From IMG/VR virus record IMGVR_UViG_3300030376_006489: 64,000 bases of DNA; one strand, given 5' to 3'. The notes beneath the pieces were generated by a model. It had not been told where the DNA came from and ran no database searches. It worked only from the letters and a program-made list of their open reading frames with translations. A program made the translations under genes and the position numbers. Of the stretch, positions 1 through 10,304 are shown piece by piece (the first letter of the stretch is position 1; each line of letters begins with the position of its first letter). Source of the stretch: an uncultured virus (IMG/VR IMGVR_UViG_3300030376_006489) (taxonomy: Duplodnaviria > Heunggongvirae > Uroviricota > Caudoviricetes).

Positions 1-1720
1 GCAAAATAGTCCAGGTCATGGTACAGATATTGTAGCTCAAATATTAGGGGAAGGAGAAGATATCAATACATGGGGAGAAACAAACATGTTAAGAGTTACT
101 ACTGTATATTGGAAGACTCAAAGAAAAATTGGACATTTAACAAAAGTTGCACCAGATGGAGAAGTATTTACTAACATTATTGATGAAGGATTTCAAGTAA
201 CAGAAAAGCCAATATATAATACTAATCTGTTTAAACAAAAAACAAAAGATAATTTAATAGAAGGAGAGCATATAGACTGGATATGGATTAATGAAGTATG
301 GGGTGGTGTTAAGATTGGACCTAATTTACCTTCTACTTGGAGACAACCTTCAACAGAAATAAACCCTATTTATTTAGGTATTAATAAAGAAAAACCTGGT
401 AGATTAGAATTTCAGTTTAAGGGAGATAATAGTTTATATGGATGTAAGTTACCTGTAGAAGGTAGAGTATATTCAGATAGAAATACAAAGTCTACATCTT
501 TAGTTGATCTAATGAAAGCATATCAAGTTGGTTATAATATGGTTAATAACCAAATAGCTGATATACTTGTAGATGAACTTGGTACTGTTATTATGTTTGA
601 TCAAAATGCATTACCACGTCATTCAATGAATGAAGATTGGGGAAAAAATAATATGGCTAAAGCATATGTAGCAATGAAGGATTTTGGTATGTTACCATTA
701 GATACTTCTATTACTAATACAGAAAATGCTACAAACTTTAATCATTATCAAACATTAAACTTAGAACAATCTAGTAGATTAATGTCTAGAATAAATTTAG
801 CTAATCATTTTAAACAACAAGCATTTGATGCTATTGGTGTTAATCAACAAAGAATGGGAGCTCCTGTGGCACAACAAACAGCAACTGGTGTTGTTCAAGC
901 AATGCAACAATCTTATTCTCAAACTGAAATGTATTTTATTCAACATTCAGATAATCTTATGCCTAGAGTTCATAAGATGAGAACTGATCTTTCTCAATAT
1001 TATCATAGTAGTAAACCAAGTGTTAGATTAAATTACATATCTACACAAGCTGAAAAAGTTAATTTTCAAATAAATGGTACTGATTTATTAATGAGAGACT
1101 TTAATATTTTTTGTACAACTAAAACAAATCATAGAGAAACACTAGATAAACTTAAAGAATTAGCAATGACTAATAATACTACTGGTGCTTCTATATTTGA
1201 TTTAGGTAATATAATTAAAGCTGATTCAATTGCTGAAGTTAGTGATATACTTAAAGATGCTGAAACTAAACAAGAAGCTCAAAGACAACAAGAACAAGAA
1301 CAGCAACAAAAGATGCAAGAGCAACAATTACAATCTCAACAACAAGAAGCAGCTGCTGCACGTGAGTTTGAGACAATGAAGCAAGATAAAGAAATAAAGA
1401 AAGATATTACTGTTGCAGAAATTAGAGCTTCTGGTTATGGTGCAATGATGGATACGGATAAAAATGAACAAAGTGATTTCCAAGATGCAATGGAAGATAT
1501 GAGACAAAGAGATGAATATAGAGAGCAAATGAACTTTAAAAGAGAAGAGTCAGCAAAGAAATCTGCTAGTGATCAAGCTAGGATTACTATTGATAGAGAA
1601 AAGCTAGCAACTCAACGTGCAGTTTCAAAGGATCAACTAGCAATTGCTAAAGAAAATAAAAACAAATATGATGTACCAAATAGAGCTAAAAAAGATGAAA
1701 AGAAGAAGAAAAAGAAGTGA
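1..1720 (+). CDS. Portal protein (5' end outside window)
   Basis: The frame is open from position 2 (QNSPGHGTDIVAQ...) into the 86..1720 ORF. It has portal-like segments (WINEVWGGVKIG, CKLPVEG, SLVDLMKAYQVGYN, IGVNQQRMG...TATGV) and a Q/E-rich coiled C-terminus, and lies two genes upstream of the major capsid protein as in crAss-like phages. Confidence 0.85.
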   Translation, partial: QNSPGHGTDIVAQILGEGEDINTWGETNMLRVTTVYWKTQRKIGHLTKVAPDGEVFTNIIDEGFQVTEKPIYNTNLFKQKTKDNLIEGEHIDWIWINEVWGGVKIGPNLPSTWRQPSTEINPIYLGINKEKPGRLEFQFKGDNSLYGCKLPVEGRVYSDRNTKSTSLVDLMKAYQVGYNMVNNQIADILVDELGTVIMFDQNALPRHSMNEDWGKNNMAKAYVAMKDFGMLPLDTSITNTENATNFNHYQTLNLEQSSRLMSRINLANHFKQQAFDAIGVNQQRMGAPVAQQTATGVVQAMQQSYSQTEMYFIQHSDNLMPRVHKMRTDLSQYYHSSKPSVRLNYISTQAEKVNFQINGTDLLMRDFNIFCTTKTNHRETLDKLKELAMTNNTTGASIFDLGNIIKADSIAEVSDILKDAETKQEAQRQQEQEQQQKMQEQQLQSQQQEAAAAREFETMKQDKEIKKDITVAEIRASGYGAMMDTDKNEQSDFQDAMEDMRQRDEYREQMNFKREESAKKSASDQARITIDREKLATQRAVSKDQLAIAKENKNKYDVPNRAKKDEKKKKKK

Positions 1721-1782
1721 TAGCTATATACTATTGTAAATTTTTAAATTGAAAAAAATTTTTAAGGTTTATAAATTTATTC

Positions 1783-1794
1783 TTTGTATATTAT
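1783..1794 (+). promoter_or_regulatory. Conserved intergenic motif TTTGTATATTAT (candidate phage late promoter)
   Basis: One of 8 similar copies seen in intergenic gaps upstream of structural genes. Confidence 0.6.
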
Positions 1795-1825
1795 ATATAT
1801 ATAACCAATAAAAACCAAATTTATT

Positions 1826-3124
1826 ATGGCTGAAGATAGAACCAAAACAGTAGAAGAAACAAAGGTTGAAAAAGTAGAAATCAACCTTGATGAAATTTTT
1901 GATGCAGCACCAGGAGGAGACTCTATAACGTTGCCTGAAGAAGATCAGAAACCAAGCATATTTAGTAGAAAGCAAAGAGAAGTTGATACATCTTTTTTAG
2001 ATGGACCCCCTTCTAAAACTACAGAAGAAGCACCTGCAGAAGAAACTACTTCTGAAACTACTTCTGAAACTACAGAAACTGTAGAAGCTACTAGAGAAGA
2101 AGTTAAACCGAAAATTGATGTTAATGAAGTTTTAGGTTTAAATGATAGCAATGAAGAACAAGATCTACCAATAAAAAGAGGTAGAAAGAAAATAGAGGGA
2201 ATAGCAGACGTTTTTAATAAATTAATTAAAGATGATAAAATAGTTCCTTTTGATGATGAGAAGCCGCTTGAAGATTATAGTGCTAAAGACTATGAAGAAT
2301 TAATTCAAGCTAATTTAGATGAAAGAACAAGAGCTGTTAGAAATGAAACTCCTAAACAATTCTTCAATAGTTTACCTGAAGAATTGCAAATAGCAGCAAG
2401 ATATGTTGCTGATGGTGGAGAGGATCTTAAAGGGTTATTTGGTGCACTTGCTCAAGTTGAAGAGACTAGAGAAATAAATCCAAAATCTGAAAAAGGTCAA
2501 GAAAGAATAATAACAGAATATTTATCTGCAACAGGATTTGGAACGGCAGAAGAGATTGCAGAAGAAATAGACATATGGAAGGACTTAGGTAAGCTTGAAA
2601 AACAAGCAACAAAGTTCAAACCAAAATTAGATAAGATGCAAGAGCAAGTTGTTGCAAGAAAATTGCAAGAACAAGACATGAAGAAGAAGCAGCAAGAACA
2701 AGCATCAAAGAAATATATGCAGAATGTATTTAATACATTAAAAGGTGGAAAAGTAGGAGATGTGAAGATTGATAAAAAAACACAATCATTATTATATAAT
2801 GGTCTTGTTAATCCAGCATATCCATCAATTAGTGGACAAAATACAAACCTATTGGGTCATCTGTTAGAAAAATATCAGTTTGTAGAGCCAAACTACCCTT
2901 TGATAACAGAAGCATTATGGTTGTTAGCAGATCCTAAAGGATATAAGTCTAACATTATGAAGAGGGGAGCAAATAGAGCTGTTGCAGATACAGTTAGAAA
3001 ACTTAAAACTGCACAGTCTAATAAAACTTCTAGTAATGCATTGAGAGAAAAAGAAAGCAGTAGTAATAAAAAAAGAACTACTAGAAAACTACCAAGAGGA
3101 AATAATATTTTTAAAAGAATGTAA
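1826..3124 (+). CDS. Acidic scaffold/head-assembly protein
   Basis: 432 aa with a disordered E/T-rich N-terminus, helical middle and basic C-terminus; lies between portal and MCP. Confidence 0.6.
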   Translation: MAEDRTKTVEETKVEKVEINLDEIFDAAPGGDSITLPEEDQKPSIFSRKQREVDTSFLDGPPSKTTEEAPAEETTSETTSETTETVEATREEVKPKIDVNEVLGLNDSNEEQDLPIKRGRKKIEGIADVFNKLIKDDKIVPFDDEKPLEDYSAKDYEELIQANLDERTRAVRNETPKQFFNSLPEELQIAARYVADGGEDLKGLFGALAQVEETREINPKSEKGQERIITEYLSATGFGTAEEIAEEIDIWKDLGKLEKQATKFKPKLDKMQEQVVARKLQEQDMKKKQQEQASKKYMQNVFNTLKGGKVGDVKIDKKTQSLLYNGLVNPAYPSISGQNTNLLGHLLEKYQFVEPNYPLITEALWLLADPKGYKSNIMKRGANRAVADTVRKLKTAQSNKTSSNALREKESSSNKKRTTRKLPRGNNIFKRM

Positions 3125-3180
3125 AAATTTTATATATAGTAATTAATTAATGTTTAACAAATAAAAAAAGAATTTCAATT

Positions 3181-4812
3181 ATGGCAACACCAGTTTTAAA
3201 TAACGGGATTTTCCTACGTGATACAAACTACAAGGCTAGTTCACATGTTGATTCTTACCATCTAACAGCAATGTTAGGTCAAGCGGAACCTATGGATATG
3301 GGACCAATTGATTTATGGGCTATGACACAAAAGGTAGAAATGCCGTTGTATCAATTAGCATCATTTGGTGGAAAGAATACAATTATGGTGGATAATGCTA
3401 GAGGTGAGTACAAGTGGCAAACTCCTATAGCACAGGATTTACCATACTCTTTAGGACATATTGATGCAGATGATACTGCAGGTACAGCTAGAGGTATAGA
3501 TGGTAAAACATTTAAGATTCTCCTTAGTAAGAGAACTTTTGGACATGGGGATATTATTACCTATGACAAGTATAACGGTTTAGAATTATACGTTACTGCT
3601 GATGATATATTACCATCAGGTGACGGATTTGTATATACTGTTCAACTTGTAAATAGTAATAATACTGCAGGTCTAGCAGATAAGTACTTAGCTTCAGGAA
3701 CTAAATTTTTCAGAAAAGGTTCTGCAAGAGGAGAGTATGGAGAAAGATTTTCAGATTTAGAAACAGGAACAGGATTCAGAGAATTCTACAACTTTGTAGG
3801 AGGAGCTGAAGCACACGTTCACTATTCTATTTCTTCTAGAGCAGATTTAATGCTTAAAGGAGGAATGAATGCTGACGGTTCTATTCCAGTTACAGAAATC
3901 TGGAGAACTTTTGATCAAGATGTTAATCCTTCTGTATCTTCATTAGAAAGTATGGTAGAGATTATGGGTAAAGATTATGTAAAGAGAGCTTTTGATGACG
4001 GAAGACTTTCTAGAACATTCTTAACTAACTTAGAAGCAGCACACTTAAATAAAATTGCTGCAGATATTGAAACTTACCTAATGTGGGGACACGGAGGTAG
4101 AGTTAGACAAGATGGACCAGATGATATTAGAATGTCTGTAGGTCTTTGGAAGCAATTAGACAACTCTTACAAGAGAATCTATAACAAGTCTTCTTTCAGT
4201 TTAGACATGTTCAAAACTGAACTTTATAACTTCTATCAAGGTAAAGTTGAATTAGAAGGACCAGATCCACAAAGAACATTAATTGTTCAAACTGGAATTG
4301 GTGGTATGAAACTTGTTAATGATGCTATTGCAGCAGAAGCAGCAGGTTTAGGTACAAACTATGTTATTAATGCTGATTCAAATGGTATTGTTTCTGGATC
4401 AGGTATGGACTTAGGATTTGGATATGCGTTCACATCTTATGTAATACCTTTCTTAGCAAACGTAAGATTTGTATTAAATCCTGCATTTGATAACTTACAT
4501 ACTAATGATATTGAGAATCCACTTATTGACGGAAGACCTTTAAGCTCTTACAGCTTTATTATCTTTGACGTTACTGAGTCTGGAAATGACAACATTCACT
4601 TGTTGAAACTTTCTTGGGATAATCAATTGAAATGGTTCTACCAAAATGGTACTATGGACTACATGGGTAGAACACAAGGATTTGCTTCATCTGGGCAGTT
4701 TAATGGGTATAGAGTTTATATGACTCAAACCTTCCCGGCTGTATGGGTGAAAGATCCGACTAAAGTCCTTAAAATAGTAATGAAGAATCCAGTTACTGGA
4801 GGATCATTCTAA
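3181..4812 (+). CDS. Major capsid protein (crAss-like, HK97 fold)
   Basis: 543 aa; position after portal and scaffold; crAss-type MCP-like segments (EYKW, LMWG, SVGLWKQL, QTGIGGM, NPAFDN); codon usage shifted to C-ending codons (aac, tac, ttc) as in highly expressed genes; followed by a strong hairpin. Confidence 0.85.
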   Translation: MATPVLNNGIFLRDTNYKASSHVDSYHLTAMLGQAEPMDMGPIDLWAMTQKVEMPLYQLASFGGKNTIMVDNARGEYKWQTPIAQDLPYSLGHIDADDTAGTARGIDGKTFKILLSKRTFGHGDIITYDKYNGLELYVTADDILPSGDGFVYTVQLVNSNNTAGLADKYLASGTKFFRKGSARGEYGERFSDLETGTGFREFYNFVGGAEAHVHYSISSRADLMLKGGMNADGSIPVTEIWRTFDQDVNPSVSSLESMVEIMGKDYVKRAFDDGRLSRTFLTNLEAAHLNKIAADIETYLMWGHGGRVRQDGPDDIRMSVGLWKQLDNSYKRIYNKSSFSLDMFKTELYNFYQGKVELEGPDPQRTLIVQTGIGGMKLVNDAIAAEAAGLGTNYVINADSNGIVSGSGMDLGFGYAFTSYVIPFLANVRFVLNPAFDNLHTNDIENPLIDGRPLSSYSFIIFDVTESGNDNIHLLKLSWDNQLKWFYQNGTMDYMGRTQGFASSGQFNGYRVYMTQTFPAVWVKDPTKVLKIVMKNPVTGGSF

Positions 4813-4825
4813 TATTTTATGTATT

Positions 4826-4862
4826 GATTGAAGAGGGGCTTAGTCCCCTCTTTGATCTTTTA
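4826..4862 (+). terminator. Intrinsic terminator/attenuator after MCP
   Basis: GATTGAAGAGGGG-cttagt-CCCCTCTTTGATC, a 13-bp stem including G-U pairs, followed by TTTT. Confidence 0.75.
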
Positions 4863-4889
4863 ATTAATTACTTATAAAAACCGAATAAA

Positions 4890-5981
4890 ATGGCTAATAA
4901 AAAAACTAAAGAAGAAACGGTTTCAACAGAACCAATTCAAACAAATAAAATAATTGATGTTAAACCAATTGATATGGTTAAAGATTTTACATTAATTGAA
5001 AAATATCAACAAGGAAAAAACCAGAGCATTGCAATAAGAGTTTTCTTTGATCAAACAGATGAAAACATGGGATTAGAAAATTATGGAATGTCACTTTTTG
5101 AAGGAGTTGTACATCAAGAAGAACTATCATGTCTTGAATTAAATGGAATTAAAAGATATGTAACAGGTCTGAATGAATTTGCTCCTGAAGTAAAGAAATT
5201 ATCTACAGATAAAAGAAACGCTAAAATTAGAGAAATAAGAAAAGCTGTAGCACAATTAGAAGCTGATTTAGCAGCAAATATATTAGATCCAGAAGATCCA
5301 GAATTTTGGAACAAAGTTAAATTATTAAGACATGATAATCATGTATTTTGGTCTAAAATTAGTTTAAGAATTGGAAATGATCCTTTATTTTTAGATCCAT
5401 CTTCTGATCCATATGATCTAATTAAACTATATGCAATTGAAGCAGGAGGATTTTCAATAGTTGCTCCTAATTTAAGAGCTGCTAAAAGTGGTAAATTTAA
5501 ATTTTATTTAGATAAATTAGAAACTACTGTTAGTACAAGAACTGAAATATCTAAATTAAGAAATAGAGCTTTAGCTGAATTATCAACTTTGTATGATAGC
5601 AATAATGTTAAGTTATTTTATGTTGCTAAAATTGTAGATGACAATAGTTCACAATATAATAAGTCTATTGCGCATGATGTGATTTATGAAAATATGGATA
5701 GTTTTATTCATGGTCATGGATCAGAAGATAATAAAAGAAGAGCTGCTCAAGCATTTTTAGATGCTTCTAGAATGAGCATGGAAGATTTAAAAATAAAATC
5801 TGCAATTAAAGATTGTGTTTTTTATTCTTTTATTAGATTATCAGCAGATAGTAATTATTATTTTGACAACATTAGAGTAGGTAAAAATACAGAAGATATG
5901 TTAGAGTACTTTAAAAACCCTTTAAATGAAGAACTATTAAGTAAATTAATGGATCAAGTAGAATATTATTGGAAAATGTAG
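4890..5981 (+). CDS. Conserved virion structural protein downstream of MCP (portal-vertex/head-associated candidate)
   Basis: 363-aa ORF in the slot that follows MCP in crAss-like phages; contains FWNKV and LDPSSDPYDLIK segments; function inferred from position. Confidence 0.5.
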   Translation: MANKKTKEETVSTEPIQTNKIIDVKPIDMVKDFTLIEKYQQGKNQSIAIRVFFDQTDENMGLENYGMSLFEGVVHQEELSCLELNGIKRYVTGLNEFAPEVKKLSTDKRNAKIREIRKAVAQLEADLAANILDPEDPEFWNKVKLLRHDNHVFWSKISLRIGNDPLFLDPSSDPYDLIKLYAIEAGGFSIVAPNLRAAKSGKFKFYLDKLETTVSTRTEISKLRNRALAELSTLYDSNNVKLFYVAKIVDDNSSQYNKSIAHDVIYENMDSFIHGHGSEDNKRRAAQAFLDASRMSMEDLKIKSAIKDCVFYSFIRLSADSNYYFDNIRVGKNTEDMLEYFKNPLNEELLSKLMDQVEYYWKM

Positions 5982-5984
5982 ATT

Positions 5985-6731
5985 ATGATAAACAATACTC
6001 AATTACAAATAAAATTTAGACAAAGGTTAAATAAATTAGCTAGTAATGATTTTGATAACATTGAGTGTTGGCAAATAGTTGAAGCATTTAATAAAGCACA
6101 ACGTGAGTGGGTCAGAAGACAATTACACGGATCTAATCAACTTAGAGAAGGAGATGAAAGATCTAAAAAACGTATTGATGATTTACAACTTTTAATAAAT
6201 ACTTCAACTTTTACAACTGGCGGAGTAGACTTACCGGGAAATAGCTGTATTGCTTTTGATCTTCCTGATAACTATATGGAATTTAAAAGGGCTAATACTT
6301 ACGGAGTACATGAATGTTGTGAACTTCCTAGACCAATGACGGTATATTTAGCAGAGGTAACAAATGTAGATTTAAATTTAAGAGATACTCTTAAATGTCC
6401 AAGTTTTGAATGGGCAGAAACATTTTGCACATTGCAAAATAATCAAATAAGATTTTATTATAGACCTGAAGCATTAGAGATGAGATTTAATAATAAACCT
6501 TTTGAAGTAACGTTTTCTGCTTTAACATATTATAGAGAACCTACACCAATAGAAATTCAAGGTTGTACAGATCCTGCTACAGGTGGCACATCTCCTATGG
6601 ATATTATATGTGAGTTTAAAGATGACGTGGCAGAATTAATTATTGATGATGCTGTTGCAATAATAGCAGGAGATATAAATGATGTAAATCAATACATGAG
6701 AGGTAACTCAAATGCTGAAAAAAATAATTAA
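5985..6731 (+). CDS. Head-tail adaptor/neck ring protein
   Basis: 248 aa with adaptor-like pattern: N-terminal 'FNKAQ' helix, 'LPDNYM', 'LTYYREP', C-terminal 'ELIIDDAVAII' helix. Confidence 0.6.
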   Translation: MINNTQLQIKFRQRLNKLASNDFDNIECWQIVEAFNKAQREWVRRQLHGSNQLREGDERSKKRIDDLQLLINTSTFTTGGVDLPGNSCIAFDLPDNYMEFKRANTYGVHECCELPRPMTVYLAEVTNVDLNLRDTLKCPSFEWAETFCTLQNNQIRFYYRPEALEMRFNNKPFEVTFSALTYYREPTPIEIQGCTDPATGGTSPMDIICEFKDDVAELIIDDAVAIIAGDINDVNQYMRGNSNAEKNN

Positions 6732-6750
6732 TTATAAGAGTAATTTTGTA

Positions 6751-6767
6751 ATTATTTAGTATATTAT
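6751..6767 (+). promoter_or_regulatory. Candidate late promoter motif ATTATTTAGTATATTAT
   Basis: Identical over 17 bp to 37180-37196. Confidence 0.6.
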
Positions 6768-6862
6768 ATATATAGCGACATGGCTATGACCAGAGTAAAC
6801 TGTTAAAAATCATTATTTATAACCAGTGAGGGTAATGGTTCCTCACACAAAATTTTAAAGAA

Positions 6863-8254
6863 ATGGGATATTTTAATCATGCTTTTAAGAAAGCATTTTA
6901 CGGAACAGAAGCTAAGCTTCTTAGTTCAGACGGTTCACAAACCGCTGATACAATTAAAGAATTTGGTATTTTAGATGAAACCTATACATTTGTTAATCCA
7001 GCTGCATCACCAGCTCCAGCTACATTAGACAGTGATAAAGATGGATTTTATATATGTATGGCATCTTGGTACTCATATGATAAATTAGGAGATGGTACAA
7101 GTCCTCATGGAGGATATAAAGAATCATCTAAATCAAAAATGATCAAGGCAAAATATATCAATGATATGTGGATCACAAGATGTACAGATGAAGTACCAAA
7201 TAAATTTGAAGTAACAATTAAAGCTACAGGTGCTGGAACTTCATGTTTTCCTTGCGGAAGTGATCCAATAATGAGAGTAGATGTTAAGGGTGCTGCTGCA
7301 TTAAGATTATTAAATCACAATGCTTATCAAATGTTATCTGGTTCATTACCAATGCCAGTAGCAGGTGCTACAATAACAAGTAAATCTGGTGTTGACATGT
7401 GTTGTGTAACACAAACTTCTAGTAATATTGGTATTGCTCCATCTATTGTTGCAATTAACTTTAGAGATCAATTTAACAATGATCCTATTATGAGTAAATT
7501 AGGAACATGTAAATTACAATGGAGAGATACTGCTGCTTCACCTTCAACTTTTGCTGATGTAAATACAACAAAAGAGAATTTTATTTATAATGGTGGTGCT
7601 GCAGGTGTTAATCAAGATATTACTGGACTTGGAAATGGAAACTGGGCTTCAGAAACTGAATATAAACTTGTATTTGAAATGAAAACAAGTTGTGAATTAC
7701 AAACTATATTCGGTTGCTCATTTGATACTAGAGATAACTATCTAATGGGAGATCTTAAAGTAATGGCAGATTTGGTTGATGAAGCTGGTAATCCATGTGT
7801 TGCTTGTCAAGCATATGTTACAGGTGTAGAAACTGCTGAGTTTAAACAAAGAAACATCAGTACTGAAACTGTAAAAAGAGATCTGATAATGACGGAAAGC
7901 TATAGACAAAGCCCGTTCCATCAAGGAGCAAGAGACAGCGTTAGAATGAGAGAAATAGAAGAAACTGATGCTATACCAACTGAAATTGGTAAAGATGCTA
8001 CTACAGGAACTTGTGCTGGTAAATTTGCGGCGTATCACATTCTACATAGTGTACCTAGATTCAACAATCCTTCAGGTGTATTTGATAATGATCAATATCA
8101 TTATGTAATATATATGCCATGTAATGGAGATCATGGAGTTGATAGTAATACTAATTGGAATAATTCCTTTAAGACTATTGCTGCTTTATGGGGAGGCGCA
8201 GGTGCTGCACCAACCATAGATCAACTTATTGCTAGAGGTGGTATAAAAGTATAA
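6863..8254 (+). CDS. Abundant virion structural protein (auxiliary capsid/decoration candidate)
   Basis: 463 aa, beta-rich and Cys-containing; has its own promoter-like motif and a strong terminator, typical of a high-copy structural gene. Confidence 0.5.
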   Translation: MGYFNHAFKKAFYGTEAKLLSSDGSQTADTIKEFGILDETYTFVNPAASPAPATLDSDKDGFYICMASWYSYDKLGDGTSPHGGYKESSKSKMIKAKYINDMWITRCTDEVPNKFEVTIKATGAGTSCFPCGSDPIMRVDVKGAAALRLLNHNAYQMLSGSLPMPVAGATITSKSGVDMCCVTQTSSNIGIAPSIVAINFRDQFNNDPIMSKLGTCKLQWRDTAASPSTFADVNTTKENFIYNGGAAGVNQDITGLGNGNWASETEYKLVFEMKTSCELQTIFGCSFDTRDNYLMGDLKVMADLVDEAGNPCVACQAYVTGVETAEFKQRNISTETVKRDLIMTESYRQSPFHQGARDSVRMREIEETDAIPTEIGKDATTGTCAGKFAAYHILHSVPRFNNPSGVFDNDQYHYVIYMPCNGDHGVDSNTNWNNSFKTIAALWGGAGAAPTIDQLIARGGIKV

Positions 8255-8275
8255 TACCTACATCTATTAATTATT

Positions 8276-8308
8276 AAAAAGGGGTAGAAATTAATCTACC
8301 CCTTTTTT
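8276..8308 (+). terminator. Intrinsic terminator (possibly bidirectional)
   Basis: AAAAAGGGGTAGA-aattaa-TCTACCCCTTTTTT perfect stem with U-tract. Confidence 0.9.
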
Positions 8309-8329
8309 ATTTCCTTTTATTTGAGTTTT

Positions 8330-8341
8330 TTTGTATATTAT
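8330..8341 (+). promoter_or_regulatory. Candidate late promoter motif TTTGTATATTAT
   Basis: Exact copy of 1783-1794, immediately after a terminator and upstream of the ORF at 8378. Confidence 0.6.
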
Positions 8342-8377
8342 TATATAACTAGTATACTATATTTAAAAGAATAAGAC

Positions 8378-8956
8378 ATGGCATGTAAACATATATTAAG
8401 CCTAGAAGTACCAACAGTTTCCAATTGTGATATAATGACAGTAACAGATACAAGTCAATATTGTTTAGATTTATTTGTAGACTGCCCCCAATTAGAAATC
8501 ACAATACCCGGAGGTGCATCACCTAAATTAATAAAAGTTGATATTGTTAAAAATGGTGCAGGAGAATGGAATAATTTTGGATCAGTAACTCTTAATGCTT
8601 GCAATTTAGGAGTAACAACACAAGATTGCACATCTACTAGATCTATAATAGGAGATGGTATATACATTATAAAATATAGTGTATCACCACATGAACATGT
8701 ATATGTTGAATATAATCATTTAAGAATATCAGGAATTCTTGCTACATATTATAATAAGTTATGTGCCCTACAAGCACAACCTTGTGAACCAAGTTCAGAT
8801 AGAGTGCATGTAATGTCAGAAATGAAATATATAAGAACTTTAATTGATGCAGCAAAAGCTAAGGTTGAATATTGCAACAGTCCTAATGAAGGAATGGAAC
8901 TTTACAATTTTGCACATAAAAAATTAAAGAAAATAACTTGTGATGTATGTTGTTAA
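8378..8956 (+). CDS. Cys-rich tail hub/fibre-attachment protein
   Basis: 192 aa; Ig-like N-part (DGIYIIKYSV) plus helical C-part ending CDVCC; first gene of the fibre cluster. Confidence 0.5.
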   Translation: MACKHILSLEVPTVSNCDIMTVTDTSQYCLDLFVDCPQLEITIPGGASPKLIKVDIVKNGAGEWNNFGSVTLNACNLGVTTQDCTSTRSIIGDGIYIIKYSVSPHEHVYVEYNHLRISGILATYYNKLCALQAQPCEPSSDRVHVMSEMKYIRTLIDAAKAKVEYCNSPNEGMELYNFAHKKLKKITCDVCC

Positions 8957-8959
8957 GCT

Positions 8960-10294
8960 ATGATTCCAAAAACTCCAAAGTTAAATAAGATAATAGAAAC
9001 AAAACAAATTTTTGCTGATTTTGCATTTAAAGATGCTAGAGAAAAAAGATTTGGTTTAACTCCTTGTTGTAAAGGGGATGTAGAAAAGTACTCAACGGTT
9101 AATGAAATATGTGATTATGAAGATTTAGCAACCAAGCTTAATAGAGGTGACACATATAAATTTACTACATGGAATCATGCGGATTGGATTGCTAATGGTG
9201 ATCAAACAGATAACATAATGGAAACTTGGATCCAAAGATTCCAAACTGATTATAGTGATATTAGATTATTTGGAATAAATTATAACAATCATATAGAAGA
9301 TTCAACTGCAACAGGAGCACAACAAATAGTAACAATAGGAAACAGCAATTTAAATAATTATGATGGTGACTATCTTATCAGAGGTCAATCAAAAGTATAT
9401 GTTCTTGTAATGAAAGATACAGATGCAGCAGGAATAGTTGATTCTATTGCTCCTACAGTTATGAATTCAGATTTTACAAATTTAATGGAGCAAAGTCAAC
9501 CAATTCCTACATTTAGTTATACAAGTTATTTCAGTGGTGTAATGAATAGACCTCAAAACTTTAATCTTTTTTGGAAACCAGATATAAAATGGATATGTTG
9601 TAATCCAGGAGGAACAGTAGTTCCAGCAGCAGGGGCTATAACCATTCCCATAAAACATAATACAGGAACAACGCCAGCAGATAAAAATGGTGCAAATAAT
9701 GGTGATTTTATCTGGTTTATACTTTCCAGATCTGGAGAGTTTGAAGATTCAGCTAATCCACCAGTTCCATATGCACCTGTTAATGGACCTAAAAATCTAT
9801 TCAGCATTCGTGGAGGAACTACTGATACAAGGTATAAAGTAAGTACATCACTTGATTATTTATTAATGAAATTTGCTACAGGAGTAGCAAGTTACGGGTT
9901 TGTAAATCTAGGATTTCATCCTATACTTGATTATGACGAATCAGAAGTAAGAGCTTTTACAGCTTTTAATGGAACTTCTATATTAGATGATAAGCACGCA
10001 GGATATAACGCATGTCTTAATGATACAGAAACTATAGTAGTTTATGTAAAAGATGTATTAGGAAATGTTGTTCCTAATTATTCTTTAAATATAGATAATA
10101 GAACTGTTGGTAAAACTGATAAGTACGGAATGCTTATTCATACAATTAATAATGCTAGCACAAACACAAAACATATAATTGATGATTGTAATTGTTTTGT
10201 AACTACAGGCGCGTGTAATCAGCAAAGAATAGATATTACAGTAGCAGATACTGTAAAACCATCATGTACTAATTTAGCAATTGATTGTCTTTAA
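8960..10294 (+). CDS. Putative tail fibre/hub protein, paralog A
   Basis: 444 aa; N-terminal FAD...FGLTPCC and C-terminal CFVTTGACNQQRIDI...CTNLAIDCL shared with the next ORF. Confidence 0.5.
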   Translation: MIPKTPKLNKIIETKQIFADFAFKDAREKRFGLTPCCKGDVEKYSTVNEICDYEDLATKLNRGDTYKFTTWNHADWIANGDQTDNIMETWIQRFQTDYSDIRLFGINYNNHIEDSTATGAQQIVTIGNSNLNNYDGDYLIRGQSKVYVLVMKDTDAAGIVDSIAPTVMNSDFTNLMEQSQPIPTFSYTSYFSGVMNRPQNFNLFWKPDIKWICCNPGGTVVPAAGAITIPIKHNTGTTPADKNGANNGDFIWFILSRSGEFEDSANPPVPYAPVNGPKNLFSIRGGTTDTRYKVSTSLDYLLMKFATGVASYGFVNLGFHPILDYDESEVRAFTAFNGTSILDDKHAGYNACLNDTETIVVYVKDVLGNVVPNYSLNIDNRTVGKTDKYGMLIHTINNASTNTKHIIDDCNCFVTTGACNQQRIDITVADTVKPSCTNLAIDCL

Positions 10295-10304
10295 ACTTTA
10301 AACA

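Noticed and set aside
2042..2074. 12-bp tandem repeat GAAACTACTTCT (similar GAAACAGATGTT at 37993-38025)
   Set aside because: Short in-frame slippage repeats in disordered acidic linkers; not CRISPR-like, no spacers.
5979..5987. TAG-ATT-ATG in-frame junction suggesting amber recoding or readthrough (TAGATTATG also at 37166)
   Set aside because: Multi-kb ORFs are intact in the standard code with no TAG fragmentation and no suppressor tRNA is seen. Low-level readthrough cannot be excluded but is unsupported.
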